64,000 nt of DNA from Ignavibacteriales bacterium (lineage in GTDB: Bacteria > Bacteroidota > Ignavibacteria > T3Sed10-11). Every line of letters begins with the position of its first letter. Within the stretch, counting starts at the first letter, position 1. Where the stretch lies: the NCBI GenBank assembly GCA_003568415.1, contig PWXV01000058.1, positions 1,952 to 65,951 on the forward strand, in the 5' to 3' direction. The notes under the pieces were generated by a model. The model had not been told where the DNA came from. It was given only the letters and a program-made list of their open reading frames with translations, and did no database searches. Positions 13,632 to 23,908 of this stretch are shown piece by piece. The translations under genes were made by a program, and so were the position numbers.

Positions 13632-14489
13632 TTACCGCAAAAACCGTCTGATCGAAACTGCACTACCGAGTAGTCCGAGAATACTGCCGGTAAGTAAGAC
13701 AGCACCATAGAAATATAGTTCATAATCCCCGAGTACAATCAGATGCTCGGAAAAATAGTTACTGATAAAATAGAGCATTATATAGATCAATATTGCAGCC
13801 AACACACCTCCGCACAAGCCCTGCACAAAACCTTCAAGGAGAAATGGTTTCCGAATAAAGCCGCGTGTGGCACCGACAAGTTTCATTGTCTGTATTAATT
13901 TACGCTTAGCATATATGGTAAGACGAATTGTGTTAGATACTAAGAATATTGCAGATATTGCCAGAAGAATGCCGACGCCGATCGAGACAGCAACAACAGT
14001 CTGGATACGATCGGTGAGCATTTCAAGCAGTGATTGACGATACTGTACGGACTCAGTTCCTTCAAGCGTCTCAATGAATGATGCCAGAGTCGCTATAGAA
14101 TCGGCATGTACATAGTCAGGTTGAAGAGAGACACGAAAGGATGCGGGCAGGGGATTAAAATCCAGCACACTGTATATATCTTCTCCGAATTCTTCCTTGA
14201 ATATTTCTGCTGCATCGTCTTTTGATATGTACGATATTGAATCGACACCGGATTGTGCACCGATTTGTTCGTTGATCCGGTTGCGCTGACTAACTGAAAT
14301 ATCATCAAGCAAAAAAACTTCAACCTGAACTTCGCGACGCAACGTATCGGCTAATTCGTGCAGATTGGCAAAAATCACTGCAAATGTACCGAGCAGCAGT
14401 AATGATATACTTATTGTGATAATCGATATTGTAGTTGACAGCTTTGCCCGTTTAAAACCGGAAAAACCTTCACGAAGTACGTAACCCAT
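13632..14489 (-). CDS. ftsX: cell-division ABC-transporter permease FtsX-like
   Basis: 285 aa with an N-terminal cytoplasmic region, TM1, a large periplasmic loop and three C-terminal TMs carrying the LVGATRGFIRKPFLLEG signature. No ftsE is adjacent. Confidence 0.8.
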   Translation of the reverse strand: MGYVLREGFSGFKRAKLSTTISIITISISLLLLGTFAVIFANLHELADTLRREVQVEVFLLDDISVSQRNRINEQIGAQSGVDSISYISKDDAAEIFKEEFGEDIYSVLDFNPLPASFRVSLQPDYVHADSIATLASFIETLEGTESVQYRQSLLEMLTDRIQTVVAVSIGVGILLAISAIFLVSNTIRLTIYAKRKLIQTMKLVGATRGFIRKPFLLEGFVQGLCGGVLAAILIYIMLYFISNYFSEHLIVLGDYELYFYGAVLLTGSILGLLGSAVSIRRFLR

Positions 14490-14544
14490 TAAAGAATAAC
14501 ATCCTCAGTTTGTGGATAATCTTTATGTTATGTGTACAAAGATT

Positions 14545-15078
14545 TTAAAAATCAGATTCATCAATCCAGCGGGTAATCCTCCAGCTATTCCCGGGATCAC
14601 TACGCTCGAACTGCATATTTGCATAGCCGCCGATACGAACAATGTCATCTGCTGAGAACGATATCGTCAGATTAAATGATCGTCGCACCATAGTTTTTAA
14701 TGAATCGCCCGATTGCATAATGATCTCATTCCAGATGAGATCGATGTTATTAGCGTTTCGGAACATCCGGTATGTTGCCCGCATATCCTCATCACGCCCC
14801 CACGATACATCGATACCTCTATCGTAATCAGTATAGACAAATACAAAATCAGGAGCAAGCAGTTGGCCGTACAGTAATGTGTCCTGGGTTGTATATGACA
14901 GCTTGAAATTTGTAAATGCACCGTCAATGGTTGTTTGATCTCCGAGGATATCCCGGCCCGGATCAGGAGAGTCATCAAACGACGGAGCGAACGGATTGAT
15001 GCAACTGCTAAAAATGACCGCGATAATTCCGATATAAATAACCTGCCGGTTCATAGACAATTTATAATTTAAATGCAC
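14545..15078 (-). CDS. hypothetical lipoprotein (tandem paralog A)
   Basis: Signal peptide with lipobox (IFSSC). The C-terminus carries NSWRITRWIDE, a motif shared with the adjacent gene. Confidence 0.55.
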   Translation of the reverse strand: MHLNYKLSMNRQVIYIGIIAVIFSSCINPFAPSFDDSPDPGRDILGDQTTIDGAFTNFKLSYTTQDTLLYGQLLAPDFVFVYTDYDRGIDVSWGRDEDMRATYRMFRNANNIDLIWNEIIMQSGDSLKTMVRRSFNLTISFSADDIVRIGGYANMQFERSDPGNSWRITRWIDESDF

Positions 15079-15658
15079 CTTTCAGTTCACTCCAACTGCG
15101 TTGTTCCTCGAAGGCACGATCCTCCCATCTGAAAATCACCCAGTTACTTGATTGATCGGCGAACATATCGAATTGCAATGTACCCTCGAATACATAATGC
15201 TGAAAGCCGTCGTTTGTATGTTCGGCGGTTAACCGGTATGAAGCGGTATATATTGCTTCGCTCGCGGTTTGACCTTCAAAACGGCCGTCGTGTAAACTCA
15301 GAGTGAGTGTTGCATTATCCGGAACATTCGCTATCAGATTTTCAAGGTAGCTCCGCTCATCCTGAACAGTCCACCCGTCAAATGAACCGAATTGATTGAG
15401 TGCTCTCTGGGTCGGATAAAACTCAAACTCTATATCATGTATTGTCGGGTCAACAAAACATTGCACATAGTGCTGAGCATTTCGTTCGCGTATAGCATTA
15501 ATTAAATTATCAATGACTAATTCAGGTTCGGTAGGTGGAATGAAATTACCGCGTGCTGCGGTCGGTTCTTCAGGTGTTCTCGGTTCAAATAGGTCGCAGG
15601 AGATCAATACCACCAGGCACACGAGATACAGCACGGTATGGATAACTATGCGTGGCAT
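15062..15658 (-). CDS. hypothetical lipoprotein (tandem paralog B)
   Basis: Signal peptide with lipobox (LISC). The C-terminus carries SNWVIFRWEDR. It overlaps the downstream paralog by 17 nt. Confidence 0.55.
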   Translation of the reverse strand: MPRIVIHTVLYLVCLVVLISCDLFEPRTPEEPTAARGNFIPPTEPELVIDNLINAIRERNAQHYVQCFVDPTIHDIEFEFYPTQRALNQFGSFDGWTVQDERSYLENLIANVPDNATLTLSLHDGRFEGQTASEAIYTASYRLTAEHTNDGFQHYVFEGTLQFDMFADQSSNWVIFRWEDRAFEEQRSWSELKGAFKL

Positions 15659-15718
15659 AGGTACATTAGATATTTACTTTTTGGTTTATTGCTTTCGACC
15701 AATATTGATATCGACCGA

Positions 15719-16330
15719 TCAGAGAACTACCCGGGCTTCGAGAGCGCGTGCCAGTGTTGCCTGGTCTGCAAACTCAAGATCGCTGCCGATCGGCAAGCCG
15801 CGGGCGATCCGCGTCAGTTTGATTTCATACGGCCGAAGTAGTTTGTTAAGATATACAGTTGTCGCCTCACCTTCCACATTCGGATCGAGTGCGAGAATTA
15901 TTTCAGCGATCGGATCCTGGGCCGTACGTTGTTGTATGCGTTCAAGCAATTCTTTTATTTTTAAATCGTCGGGACCGATACCGTCAAGCGGTGACAACGA
16001 ACTACCGAGAACGTGATACAATCCATGAAACTCGTTCGTTCGCTCAATTGCCATAACGTCTTTTGGTTCTTCGACAACACAAATTATCGAGCGATCGCGT
16101 TTCGGGTTTTTGCAAATGGAGCAAGGAACTTCCTCGGTAATGTTATAGCATTCCGAACAATACTTTACCCGTTCTTTGAGTTGAATAAGTGCGTTAGCGA
16201 GAGACTTGACCTCCTCATCCGGTAATTTAAGAATGAACAGTGCGAGTCTTTGCGCGGTCTTTTTCCCGATACCCGGCAGCTTCGATAAATGATCGGACAA
16301 AATCTCAATTGATTGAGAGGTGTAGATCAT
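15719..16330 (-). CDS. recR: recombination protein RecR
   Basis: N-terminal HhH (LPGIGKKTAQRLA), C4 zinc finger (CSEC...CSIC), and a Toprim region. Confidence 0.9.
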   Translation of the reverse strand: MIYTSQSIEILSDHLSKLPGIGKKTAQRLALFILKLPDEEVKSLANALIQLKERVKYCSECYNITEEVPCSICKNPKRDRSIICVVEEPKDVMAIERTNEFHGLYHVLGSSLSPLDGIGPDDLKIKELLERIQQRTAQDPIAEIILALDPNVEGEATTVYLNKLLRPYEIKLTRIARGLPIGSDLEFADQATLARALEARVVL

Positions 16331-16336
16331 AGGAGT

Positions 16337-16675
16337 TTACATGCCGGGGAATTTCATACCCGGAATATTCGGCATCATACCGCTCGTTGCTTTTGACATC
16401 TCTTCCTGTGCCATATTATTTGATTCCTCAAGTGCTTTGTTCACAGCAGCGACGATCAGGTCTTCGAGCATATCAATATCTTCAGGATCGACAACCTCTT
16501 TTTCCATCTCGATTTTAACGATTTGCTGACGACCGTTTGCCGTCACTTTAACCATACCGCCGCCAGCCTCGGCTGATACCGTTTTATTTTCAAGCTCTGC
16601 CTGAATTTCGCCCATTTTTTCCTGCATTTTCTGCACTTGTTTCATCATATTTTGCATGTTGGGCATTCCTTTCAT
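16337..16675 (-). CDS. ybaB: nucleoid-associated protein YbaB/EbfC
   Basis: About 110 aa reading [12 protein letters not shown]...[20 protein letters not shown], in the canonical ybaB-recR arrangement. Confidence 0.85.
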   Translation of the reverse strand: MKGMPNMQNMMKQVQKMQEKMGEIQAELENKTVSAEAGGGMVKVTANGRQQIVKIEMEKEVVDPEDIDMLEDLIVAAVNKALEESNNMAQEEMSKATSGMMPNIPGMKFPGM

Positions 16676-16928
16676 AGCGCACCTTTCATAAAATTTATAT
16701 GTTTACTCACATTAATGAGAAAATATAGATATTAATGCAGGAAAAGTCAAACAGGTATAAAAGGTCGCATTTCGTGTAACTACAATTAAAATCAATATCT
16801 TACACAAAAATGTTCATATACCGTTTCCTTGACTTTCTACAGTAAATGTTTTAATTTTAATTTTCTGACTATGTAACAAAGATAAATATAGATACGTCTA
16901 ACTCTCAAAGGACCGGGGGCAGCATATT

Positions 16929-17774
16929 TTGGAACGTGAGGCACCGAACAAACCGACGGAAGAAGATAAGAAAATTCAGGATGAGCTTCGAGCTTCGGGT
17001 GATATCCCGGCACATATAGCTGTTATCATGGATGGGAACGGCAGATGGGCCAAGAAACGAGCCTTACCACGAGTTGCAGGACATCGTGAGGGTGTCGGCT
17101 CAGTACGTGATATTGTTGAAGCTTGCGGGCAAGTTGGCGTGGAATATTTAACGTTGTATGCATTTTCTACAGAGAACTGGAATCGCCCTCAGGATGAAGT
17201 ATCAACACTAATGCGTTTGCTTTTAAGTTCGCTTCGTGATGAGGCGGACCGGTTGCATAAAAATAATGTACGTCTTACTGCTGTTGGTGATATTGCCAAA
17301 CTTCCGATAGAAGTGCAGGAGAAGCTGGCGGAAACAATGTCACTAACAAAAGTAAATAACGGGCTGACACTTAATCTTGCACTGAGCTATAGCGGTCGTT
17401 GGGAAATTTTGCAAGCAGTCAAAGCTATTGCAGAAAAAGTTAAACATGGTGAGATAAAAATTGATGAAATTAACGAATCGCTCTTGGCAAACAATCTCAC
17501 AACAGCCGGAATGCCTGAGCCCGATTTGTTGATACGAACCGGTGGCGAGTACCGGATAAGTAATTTTATGCTCTGGCAACTTGCATATTCAGAGCTTTAT
17601 ATCAGTGAGAAATATTGGCCCGAGTTTCGCCGGAGTCATCTATATGAAGCAATCAGAGATTATCAATCGCGGGAACGGCGTTTCGGTCTCGTGAGCGAAC
17701 AAGTACGAAGGAGGTCCAATGGAGGAGAGAAGAGTCTTGCAGCAAAAATATATGAAACAATTACGGGAACATAA
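16929..17774 (+). CDS. uppS: di-trans,poly-cis-undecaprenyl-diphosphate synthase
   Basis: VIMDGNGRWA and YAFSTENWNRP motifs. TTG start. Confidence 0.9.
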   Translation: MEREAPNKPTEEDKKIQDELRASGDIPAHIAVIMDGNGRWAKKRALPRVAGHREGVGSVRDIVEACGQVGVEYLTLYAFSTENWNRPQDEVSTLMRLLLSSLRDEADRLHKNNVRLTAVGDIAKLPIEVQEKLAETMSLTKVNNGLTLNLALSYSGRWEILQAVKAIAEKVKHGEIKIDEINESLLANNLTTAGMPEPDLLIRTGGEYRISNFMLWQLAYSELYISEKYWPEFRRSHLYEAIRDYQSRERRFGLVSEQVRRRSNGGEKSLAAKIYETITGT

Positions 17775-20172
17775 AAGAATTTTTGTGAAAACCCGCTGGC
17801 ATATCCTTCCGGTCATAACTCTTCTATTAGCGTATATATTAGTATTTTCAGTCGAAGGGCTTGGACAAAATTTTCAACAGCCCGAACGCTACCGGATACT
17901 CGGTGTATCTGTTGAAGGAAATGTCACGGCAGACGCATCGGCTGTTATTGCCAATTCCGGTTTACGTGTCGGTGATGAAATTACCATACCGGGCGATCGA
18001 ACACAACAGGCTATTCGACAACTTCATGCCTTGCGTATCTTCAGTGATATCAGTATTGAGATAGAGCAACGCACCGATGACGGTGTGTATCTTGTCATAA
18101 AAGTCGAAGAACATCCTCGCCTCGAACGAGTTGAATTTAGCGGAAATGAAAATGTCCGGGAGCGGGATCTGCGCCGGGCAATCAACATATCACGAGGGCA
18201 AGTCCTGAGACCGCAGGATTTGAACAGATTTAAACAAAATTTACAAGATGAATACCAGGAACGCGGACGCATTCTTGCAGAAATAGAATCCGAGATTATA
18301 CCTGCAACCGATGCCGGAATAAACCGGGTTATTTTGAGGTATAACATTACCGAGGGTGACGATATCCGCGTTCGTGGTGTTACGTTCGAAGGTAATGAAT
18401 ACGTCAGCGATCGCCGATTACGACGTGAACTGGGTGTCAGTACAAAAAGATGGTGGAAATTCTGGACGCGTGGCCGGTTTGATCATGACGAATACCGGGA
18501 AGGTCTCGATGAGATCGTTCGATACTATCAAAAAGAAGGCTTTCGGGATGCCGATGTCATTAGTGATTCTATATACTATGAGGATGCGAATATGTATGTC
18601 CACGTTCGTGTGGATGAAGGCCCGAGATATTATGTAAGAAATATAGAATGGTTAGGTAATACTGTTTATGAAGATGAACGCCTGACTGAACGGCTCGGAT
18701 TTGAAAAGGGCGATGTGTACAATATGGAGCGCTTTGAAAGAAATATGTTCTTCGATCAGCAGCAACGTGATGTTGCATCGCTCTATATGGATAACGGCTA
18801 TCTGGCATTCAATGCAGAGCCCGAAGAAATACGTGTTCCGCCCGATAGCATCGATCTCCGGATACGGATTCAGGAAAACAATCAGTTCCGGATCGGACAG
18901 GTACTGATTAGCGGTAACACGAAGACCCGTGAAAACGTCATAAGAAGAGCACTGTATACACGACCCGGCGATTATTATTCAAGACAAAATTTAATTCGGA
19001 GTATCCGGGAATTGCAGCAATTAAATTATTTCAATCCTGAAGCAATGGAACCCAATCAGTACCTTGAGGATGATGAAACAGTAAATATTGTTTACAACCT
19101 TGAGGAAAAATCGAGCGATACATTCAATGCCTCGGTCGGATACGCTCAGGGTTGGGGATTTACCGGCGGCCTTGGATTGAGCTTTAATAATTTTGATCTC
19201 CGGCGTCCGTTGCGCGGTGGAGGCGGACAACAACTCACGTTTGATTGGCAATTCGGAGAAGCAGGAAGTTACCGTACATTTAGTATTTCATTTACCGAAC
19301 CATGGCTCTACGATACCCCGACCTTATTTGGTGTAAACGTATACGATACTCGCTATATGTGGTTGTATGATTTACGGCAGACGGGGGGATCGGTAAGAAT
19401 AGGGCGGAGATTAACGTGGCCCGATGATTATTTCCGCGGCGATTGGATTGTCCGCGGTCAACGTAACGACGTTATCGACGGACGGGGCATATTCCCGCCG
19501 GGTGTAACGACACAATTCAGCATTGCTCAAATAATTCGCCGAAACAGTGTCGATAATCCGATATTCCCGACGCGGGGAAGCAATGTTTCAATTACAAGTG
19601 AAATGGCGGGCGGACCGTTGCTGCCGGGTACAGTAGAATTTCACCGGCATACTTTCGAAGCAAATTGGTATACACCGATGTTTAATTCTAATCAATTCGC
19701 ACTTTCATTGAAAACAAAAACATCGGCATTATTCCCGTTTAACGATGAGACGAGAATACCGCCGCTTGAATTATTCTTTATGGGTGGAACAGGTATCGGA
19801 CAATTCAACGTTACACCATTGCGCGGTTACGAAGACCGGCGTGTCGGGCCGCGTGATCAGGCAGGTAACCCGGTAGGTGGTAAAACGATGGCAGTGCATA
19901 CACTTGAACTTCGCTTCGCACCAACATTAAATCCGATTCCGATTTTCCTGATCGGTTTTCTTGAGGCAGGTAATATATGGACTGATTTTGAAAGTACAGA
20001 TTTCGGCGATCTCAGACGTTCAGCCGGTGTCGGGGTACGGATGCTCGTTCAACCGCTCGGAATGATCGGGTTTGATTATGCTTACGGTTTCGATGATGTA
20101 TGGCCCCGTGACGGTCAACCGGATGGATGGCAATTTCATTTCCAGTTCGGTCAGGGACAGGGTATGAGGTAA
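17719..20172 (+). CDS. bamA: outer membrane protein assembly factor BamA (Omp85)
   Basis: Signal/TM, then POTRA repeats, then a C-terminal beta-barrel ending ...WQFHFQFGQGQGMR. The start is the ATG at 17719, preceded by AGGAGG; it overlaps the uppS 3' end. Confidence 0.9.
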   Translation: MEERRVLQQKYMKQLREHKRIFVKTRWHILPVITLLLAYILVFSVEGLGQNFQQPERYRILGVSVEGNVTADASAVIANSGLRVGDEITIPGDRTQQAIRQLHALRIFSDISIEIEQRTDDGVYLVIKVEEHPRLERVEFSGNENVRERDLRRAINISRGQVLRPQDLNRFKQNLQDEYQERGRILAEIESEIIPATDAGINRVILRYNITEGDDIRVRGVTFEGNEYVSDRRLRRELGVSTKRWWKFWTRGRFDHDEYREGLDEIVRYYQKEGFRDADVISDSIYYEDANMYVHVRVDEGPRYYVRNIEWLGNTVYEDERLTERLGFEKGDVYNMERFERNMFFDQQQRDVASLYMDNGYLAFNAEPEEIRVPPDSIDLRIRIQENNQFRIGQVLISGNTKTRENVIRRALYTRPGDYYSRQNLIRSIRELQQLNYFNPEAMEPNQYLEDDETVNIVYNLEEKSSDTFNASVGYAQGWGFTGGLGLSFNNFDLRRPLRGGGGQQLTFDWQFGEAGSYRTFSISFTEPWLYDTPTLFGVNVYDTRYMWLYDLRQTGGSVRIGRRLTWPDDYFRGDWIVRGQRNDVIDGRGIFPPGVTTQFSIAQIIRRNSVDNPIFPTRGSNVSITSEMAGGPLLPGTVEFHRHTFEANWYTPMFNSNQFALSLKTKTSALFPFNDETRIPPLELFFMGGTGIGQFNVTPLRGYEDRRVGPRDQAGNPVGGKTMAVHTLELRFAPTLNPIPIFLIGFLEAGNIWTDFESTDFGDLRRSAGVGVRMLVQPLGMIGFDYAYGFDDVWPRDGQPDGWQFHFQFGQGQGMR

Positions 20173-20222
20173 TATAATTTCGATAATAATTAATCATTAA
20201 TCATTAATTGAGGTATATTGTG

Positions 20223-20780
20223 ATGAAAAAAAGAACCATTCTCTATTCAGGGATTGTATCGTTGGCAATTGCTCTGGTACTTACCATTGCATTTGATCAG
20301 CAAGTCTATTCTCAGGATTTACGTTTCGGGTTCGTGAATTCCGGTACCATTATGGTGCAGTACGAGGACGCTCAACGAGCACAGCGTCAATTTGAAAATA
20401 TTGTTGTTGGTTGGGAAAATGAATTGCGTGAGCGGTTTCAGGAACTGCAAGAAAAATATGATGACTTCCAGGCGCGGCAGGAAATGATGACCGAACAGGC
20501 ACGAATTGAAGAACAACAACGACTCTTTGAGCTTGAACAGGAAATCAATCAGTTCCGGATGGAGAAATTCGGTCAGGGTGGAGAGATCGTGAACGAACAG
20601 GAACGTATTTTCCGGCCTATCCGCGAACAGATTCTTGATGCGATAGAAGTAATTGCCCAACAAGAAAATCTCAACTTTGTACTTGACAAAACAGACGATG
20701 TCCCGGTTCTTCTGTACGCCGAACGGCGCTTTGATATTACTTTTAAAGTACTTGATTACCTCAAGCGTGGTAGTCAATAA
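20223..20780 (+). CDS. skp: periplasmic chaperone Skp/OmpH (copy 1)
   Basis: Signal peptide plus coiled-coil Q/E-rich OmpH architecture, downstream of bamA. ATG at 20223 after GAGG. Confidence 0.8.
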   Translation: MKKRTILYSGIVSLAIALVLTIAFDQQVYSQDLRFGFVNSGTIMVQYEDAQRAQRQFENIVVGWENELRERFQELQEKYDDFQARQEMMTEQARIEEQQRLFELEQEINQFRMEKFGQGGEIVNEQERIFRPIREQILDAIEVIAQQENLNFVLDKTDDVPVLLYAERRFDITFKVLDYLKRGSQ

Positions 20781-20804
20781 CACCAAACTATATTAGACCG
20801 GGTG

Positions 20805-21332
20805 ATGACGATGAAAAAAGTATTTTTAATCGCATTTATAATAGTGCTTATACCTGCGCTTGTCGGGGCGCAATCATTACGAATCGGCTATATTAATTCC
20901 GATGCAATAATGGATCAGTTACCCGAAGCACAGGAAGCGCAGCGCCAGCTCGATGAAATTGTCAGCGAGTGGCAGCATGAGTTATCACAAATGCAACAAA
21001 CCTGGCAGCGAAAATTTGAGGAGTATGATCAGCGTAAGCTCATTATGAGTGATCAGCGCCGGGCAGAAGCTGAACGCGAACTTATGGAACTCGATCGGGA
21101 GATTGCAGAATTCCGCGATAGAAAATTCGGCCAGGAAGGTGAACTCTTCTATTTGCAGGAAGAATTAATTCATCCGATTCAGGATAGAATATTTCTTGCT
21201 ATCCAGGAAATCGCAGAAGAGGAAGCATACGATTATGTCTTCGATCAAAGCGGTGATATTTTATTAATGTATGCTAATGAGCAATATGATCTGACGGAGA
21301 AGGTTCTTCAAAGAGTAATCGATATGCAATAA
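20805..21332 (+). CDS. skp: periplasmic chaperone Skp/OmpH (copy 2)
   Basis: Paralog of the preceding gene (LRIGYINSDAIMDQLPEAQEAQRQL...). The start could be ATG 20805 or ATG 20811. Confidence 0.8.
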   Translation: MTMKKVFLIAFIIVLIPALVGAQSLRIGYINSDAIMDQLPEAQEAQRQLDEIVSEWQHELSQMQQTWQRKFEEYDQRKLIMSDQRRAEAERELMELDREIAEFRDRKFGQEGELFYLQEELIHPIQDRIFLAIQEIAEEEAYDYVFDQSGDILLMYANEQYDLTEKVLQRVIDMQ

Positions 21333-21344
21333 AGGCATGCCGCC

Positions 21345-22415
21345 ATGACCATTCATGAAATAGCAGAAAAAATTGATGCAAACATAATCGGTGATGGCGG
21401 CATTTCTATACACGGTATCGCAAAAATTGAAGAGGCCGATGCAGGGGAAATTACTTTTATTGCAAATCAGAAGTATGAAAAATATCTTGATTCGACCAGG
21501 GCATCTGCAGTAATCATATCAAAAAAAATCGATGTTGAAAAACTTCCCCGCCGGGAAACCCCTCCTGTGGTATTACAAGTCGATGACCCGTACGTTGCGT
21601 TCTTATTTGTATTACGGATGTTTAATCCTCCGCCGGAAGTTTTACCGCCCGGTATACATCCGACAGCCGTGATCCCTGAAAGTGTACGGTTAGCCGATGA
21701 TGTTCGAATCGGTGCACACGTAGTTCTCGGAGAGAATTGCTCGATCGGTGCGCGGAGTGTTGTGGCGCATAGTACAATACTCGGTGATAATGTCCGGATA
21801 GGAGAGGACACAACCCTCTATCCAAACATTACCGTGCGGGAAGGATGCCGGATTGGTGCACGGGTTATTATTCACTCCGGAACGGTTGTCGGGAGTGATG
21901 GGTTCGGATTTGCCCCGCAAAAGGATGGTACCTATAGCAAGATTCCGCAGACCGGTATTGTAGTCATTGATGACGATGTGGAGATCGGATCGAATTGCTC
22001 GATTGATCGTGCGACTATGGGTGAAACCCGAATTGGAAAAGGTGTAAAACTTGATAATCTCATACAAGTTGCGCATAATGTAACAATCGGCGACAACACC
22101 GTTATTGCAGCTCAAACCGGCATCTCAGGCAGCACGAAAGTGGGCAAACAGTGTATTCTTGCCGGTCAGGTTGGCATTGTCGGCCACGTCGAGATTGCCG
22201 ACAATGTGACAATCGCAGCGCAATCGGGTATTCCGAAATCGATTAAAAAATCAGGTACATATTTCGGCTATCCTGCAAAAGAATTCAGCCGTTCACTTCG
22301 CATTGAAGCGGTTATCCGCAATTTACCTGAGCTTATGAACGATGTACAAAATCTGAAGAAAGAACTCGAGAGAATAAAGAACAAATCAGAAGACACGAAT
22401 TCATCACAAGAATAA
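21345..22415 (+). CDS. lpxD: UDP-3-O-acylglucosamine N-acyltransferase
   Basis: N-terminal LpxD domain followed by a left-handed beta-helix of hexapeptide repeats. Confidence 0.9.
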   Translation: MTIHEIAEKIDANIIGDGGISIHGIAKIEEADAGEITFIANQKYEKYLDSTRASAVIISKKIDVEKLPRRETPPVVLQVDDPYVAFLFVLRMFNPPPEVLPPGIHPTAVIPESVRLADDVRIGAHVVLGENCSIGARSVVAHSTILGDNVRIGEDTTLYPNITVREGCRIGARVIIHSGTVVGSDGFGFAPQKDGTYSKIPQTGIVVIDDDVEIGSNCSIDRATMGETRIGKGVKLDNLIQVAHNVTIGDNTVIAAQTGISGSTKVGKQCILAGQVGIVGHVEIADNVTIAAQSGIPKSIKKSGTYFGYPAKEFSRSLRIEAVIRNLPELMNDVQNLKKELERIKNKSEDTNSSQE

Positions 22416-22429
22416 AAAAATAGGAATGT

Positions 22430-23884
22430 ATGTTAGTTCAACAACGAACCATTAAACGACCGGTTACCTTTTCCGGTGTGGGAATACATACCGGAAACAC
22501 AACCAATATGACATTCAAACCGGCACCGGAAAATACCGGTATCCGTTTCCGGCGCATTGATCTCGGAGGCCAACCGGAAATCCCGGCGGATATTGATTAT
22601 GTCGTGGATGTATCGCGTGGAACGACAATCGCAATCGGCGATGCACAGGTGCATACCGTTGAGCATGTTATGGCTGCACTGGTCGGTTTGCAAATAGACA
22701 ACGTGATCATTGAACTGGATAATAATGAACCACCCATCGGCGATGGCAGCTCTAAACCGTATGTCGATGCTCTGTTGAAAGCGGAGTTTGAAAAACAAAA
22801 CGCACCGAAAGATTATCTCATCATCGATCAGACCGTTCATTATAAAAATGAAGAAAAAGGTGTTGATATCGTTGCACTCCCGACCGATGATTTTCGTGTA
22901 ACAATCATGGTCGATTATCAGAATCCGGCGCTTGGTAGTCAACATACAAGTCTCTTTAGCCTTGATCAGGAATTTGTGTCGGAATACGCTCCTGCCCGAA
23001 CGTTCTGCTTTCTCCACGAAGTTGAACAATTATATGAGCAAGGCCTAATACGTGGCGGCAATCTCGATAACGCAATTGTCATCGTTGATCGGAATCTCAG
23101 TGATGATGAGTTGAAACGAATTGCCGAGAAGTTAGGTATAGCAGGTTCGGTTATACTCGGTAAGAACGGAATATTAAACGATAATACGCTGCGATATAAA
23201 AACGAACCGGCACGACACAAACTACTCGACCTGATCGGTGACCTTTCGCTTATAGGGGTTCCCCTGAAAGCGCAGATACTTGCTGCACGGCCCGGCCATG
23301 CACACAATATCGAGTTTGCGCGGATGGTGAAGCGTTTATATCGCCAGAAGAAACTTGTGAGCAAGTATCAGCACGAGAAAAAAGAAGGATATGTATTCGA
23401 TGTTAATGCAATAAAAAGAATATTACCTCATCGGTATCCATTCCTGCTGGTCGATAAAATTATCGACTTCGAAATGGAAGAACGAATTGTCGGGGTAAAG
23501 AATGTCTCCGCAAATGAGGAGTTTTTCCAGGGACATTTCCCTGATTATCCGGTGATGCCCGGTGTTCTGATCATCGAAGGTATGGCACAGACCGGCGGTA
23601 TTTTGTTGCTGAACGGCACCGATAATACCGATGGAAAGATGGTCTTTTTTATGGGCATTAACAATGCAAAATTCCGGAGGACTGTTTTCCCGGGTGATCA
23701 AATTATCTATGAAGTTACAATGGTAAACCGTCGGAGCCGGACTTGCCAGGTTCAGGGTAAAGCATATGTCGACGGCAAGCTGGTTGCCGAAGCTGAAATG
23801 ATGGCTGCTATTATTGACGATCCTCAACAGAATACACCGGAAAAAAGCGGTAACGGTCAAAAAATTACACAAGACGAAAAATAA
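22430..23884 (+). CDS. lpxC/fabZ: bifunctional UDP-3-O-acyl-GlcNAc deacetylase / 3-hydroxyacyl-ACP dehydratase (LpxC-FabZ fusion)
   Basis: N-terminal LpxC (TFSGVGIHTGN...HTVEH) joined to a C-terminal FabZ hot-dog domain (LPHRYPFLLVDKI...GHFP..PVMPGVLIIE). This fusion is characteristic of Bacteroidota/Chlorobi-type lineages. Confidence 0.9.
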   Translation: MLVQQRTIKRPVTFSGVGIHTGNTTNMTFKPAPENTGIRFRRIDLGGQPEIPADIDYVVDVSRGTTIAIGDAQVHTVEHVMAALVGLQIDNVIIELDNNEPPIGDGSSKPYVDALLKAEFEKQNAPKDYLIIDQTVHYKNEEKGVDIVALPTDDFRVTIMVDYQNPALGSQHTSLFSLDQEFVSEYAPARTFCFLHEVEQLYEQGLIRGGNLDNAIVIVDRNLSDDELKRIAEKLGIAGSVILGKNGILNDNTLRYKNEPARHKLLDLIGDLSLIGVPLKAQILAARPGHAHNIEFARMVKRLYRQKKLVSKYQHEKKEGYVFDVNAIKRILPHRYPFLLVDKIIDFEMEERIVGVKNVSANEEFFQGHFPDYPVMPGVLIIEGMAQTGGILLLNGTDNTDGKMVFFMGINNAKFRRTVFPGDQIIYEVTMVNRRSRTCQVQGKAYVDGKLVAEAEMMAAIIDDPQQNTPEKSGNGQKITQDEK

Positions 23885-23908
23885 TAACAATCTAAATGAG
23901 CATATTGA

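Noticed and set aside
15513-16016. 167-aa plus-strand ORF
   Set aside because: Antisense to recR and to the lipoprotein gene. The composition is Ser/Arg-rich and shadow-like.
21690-22115. 141-aa antisense ORF within lpxD
   Set aside because: lpxD hexapeptide repeats commonly generate long antisense ORFs. The sense frame has clear LpxD motifs.
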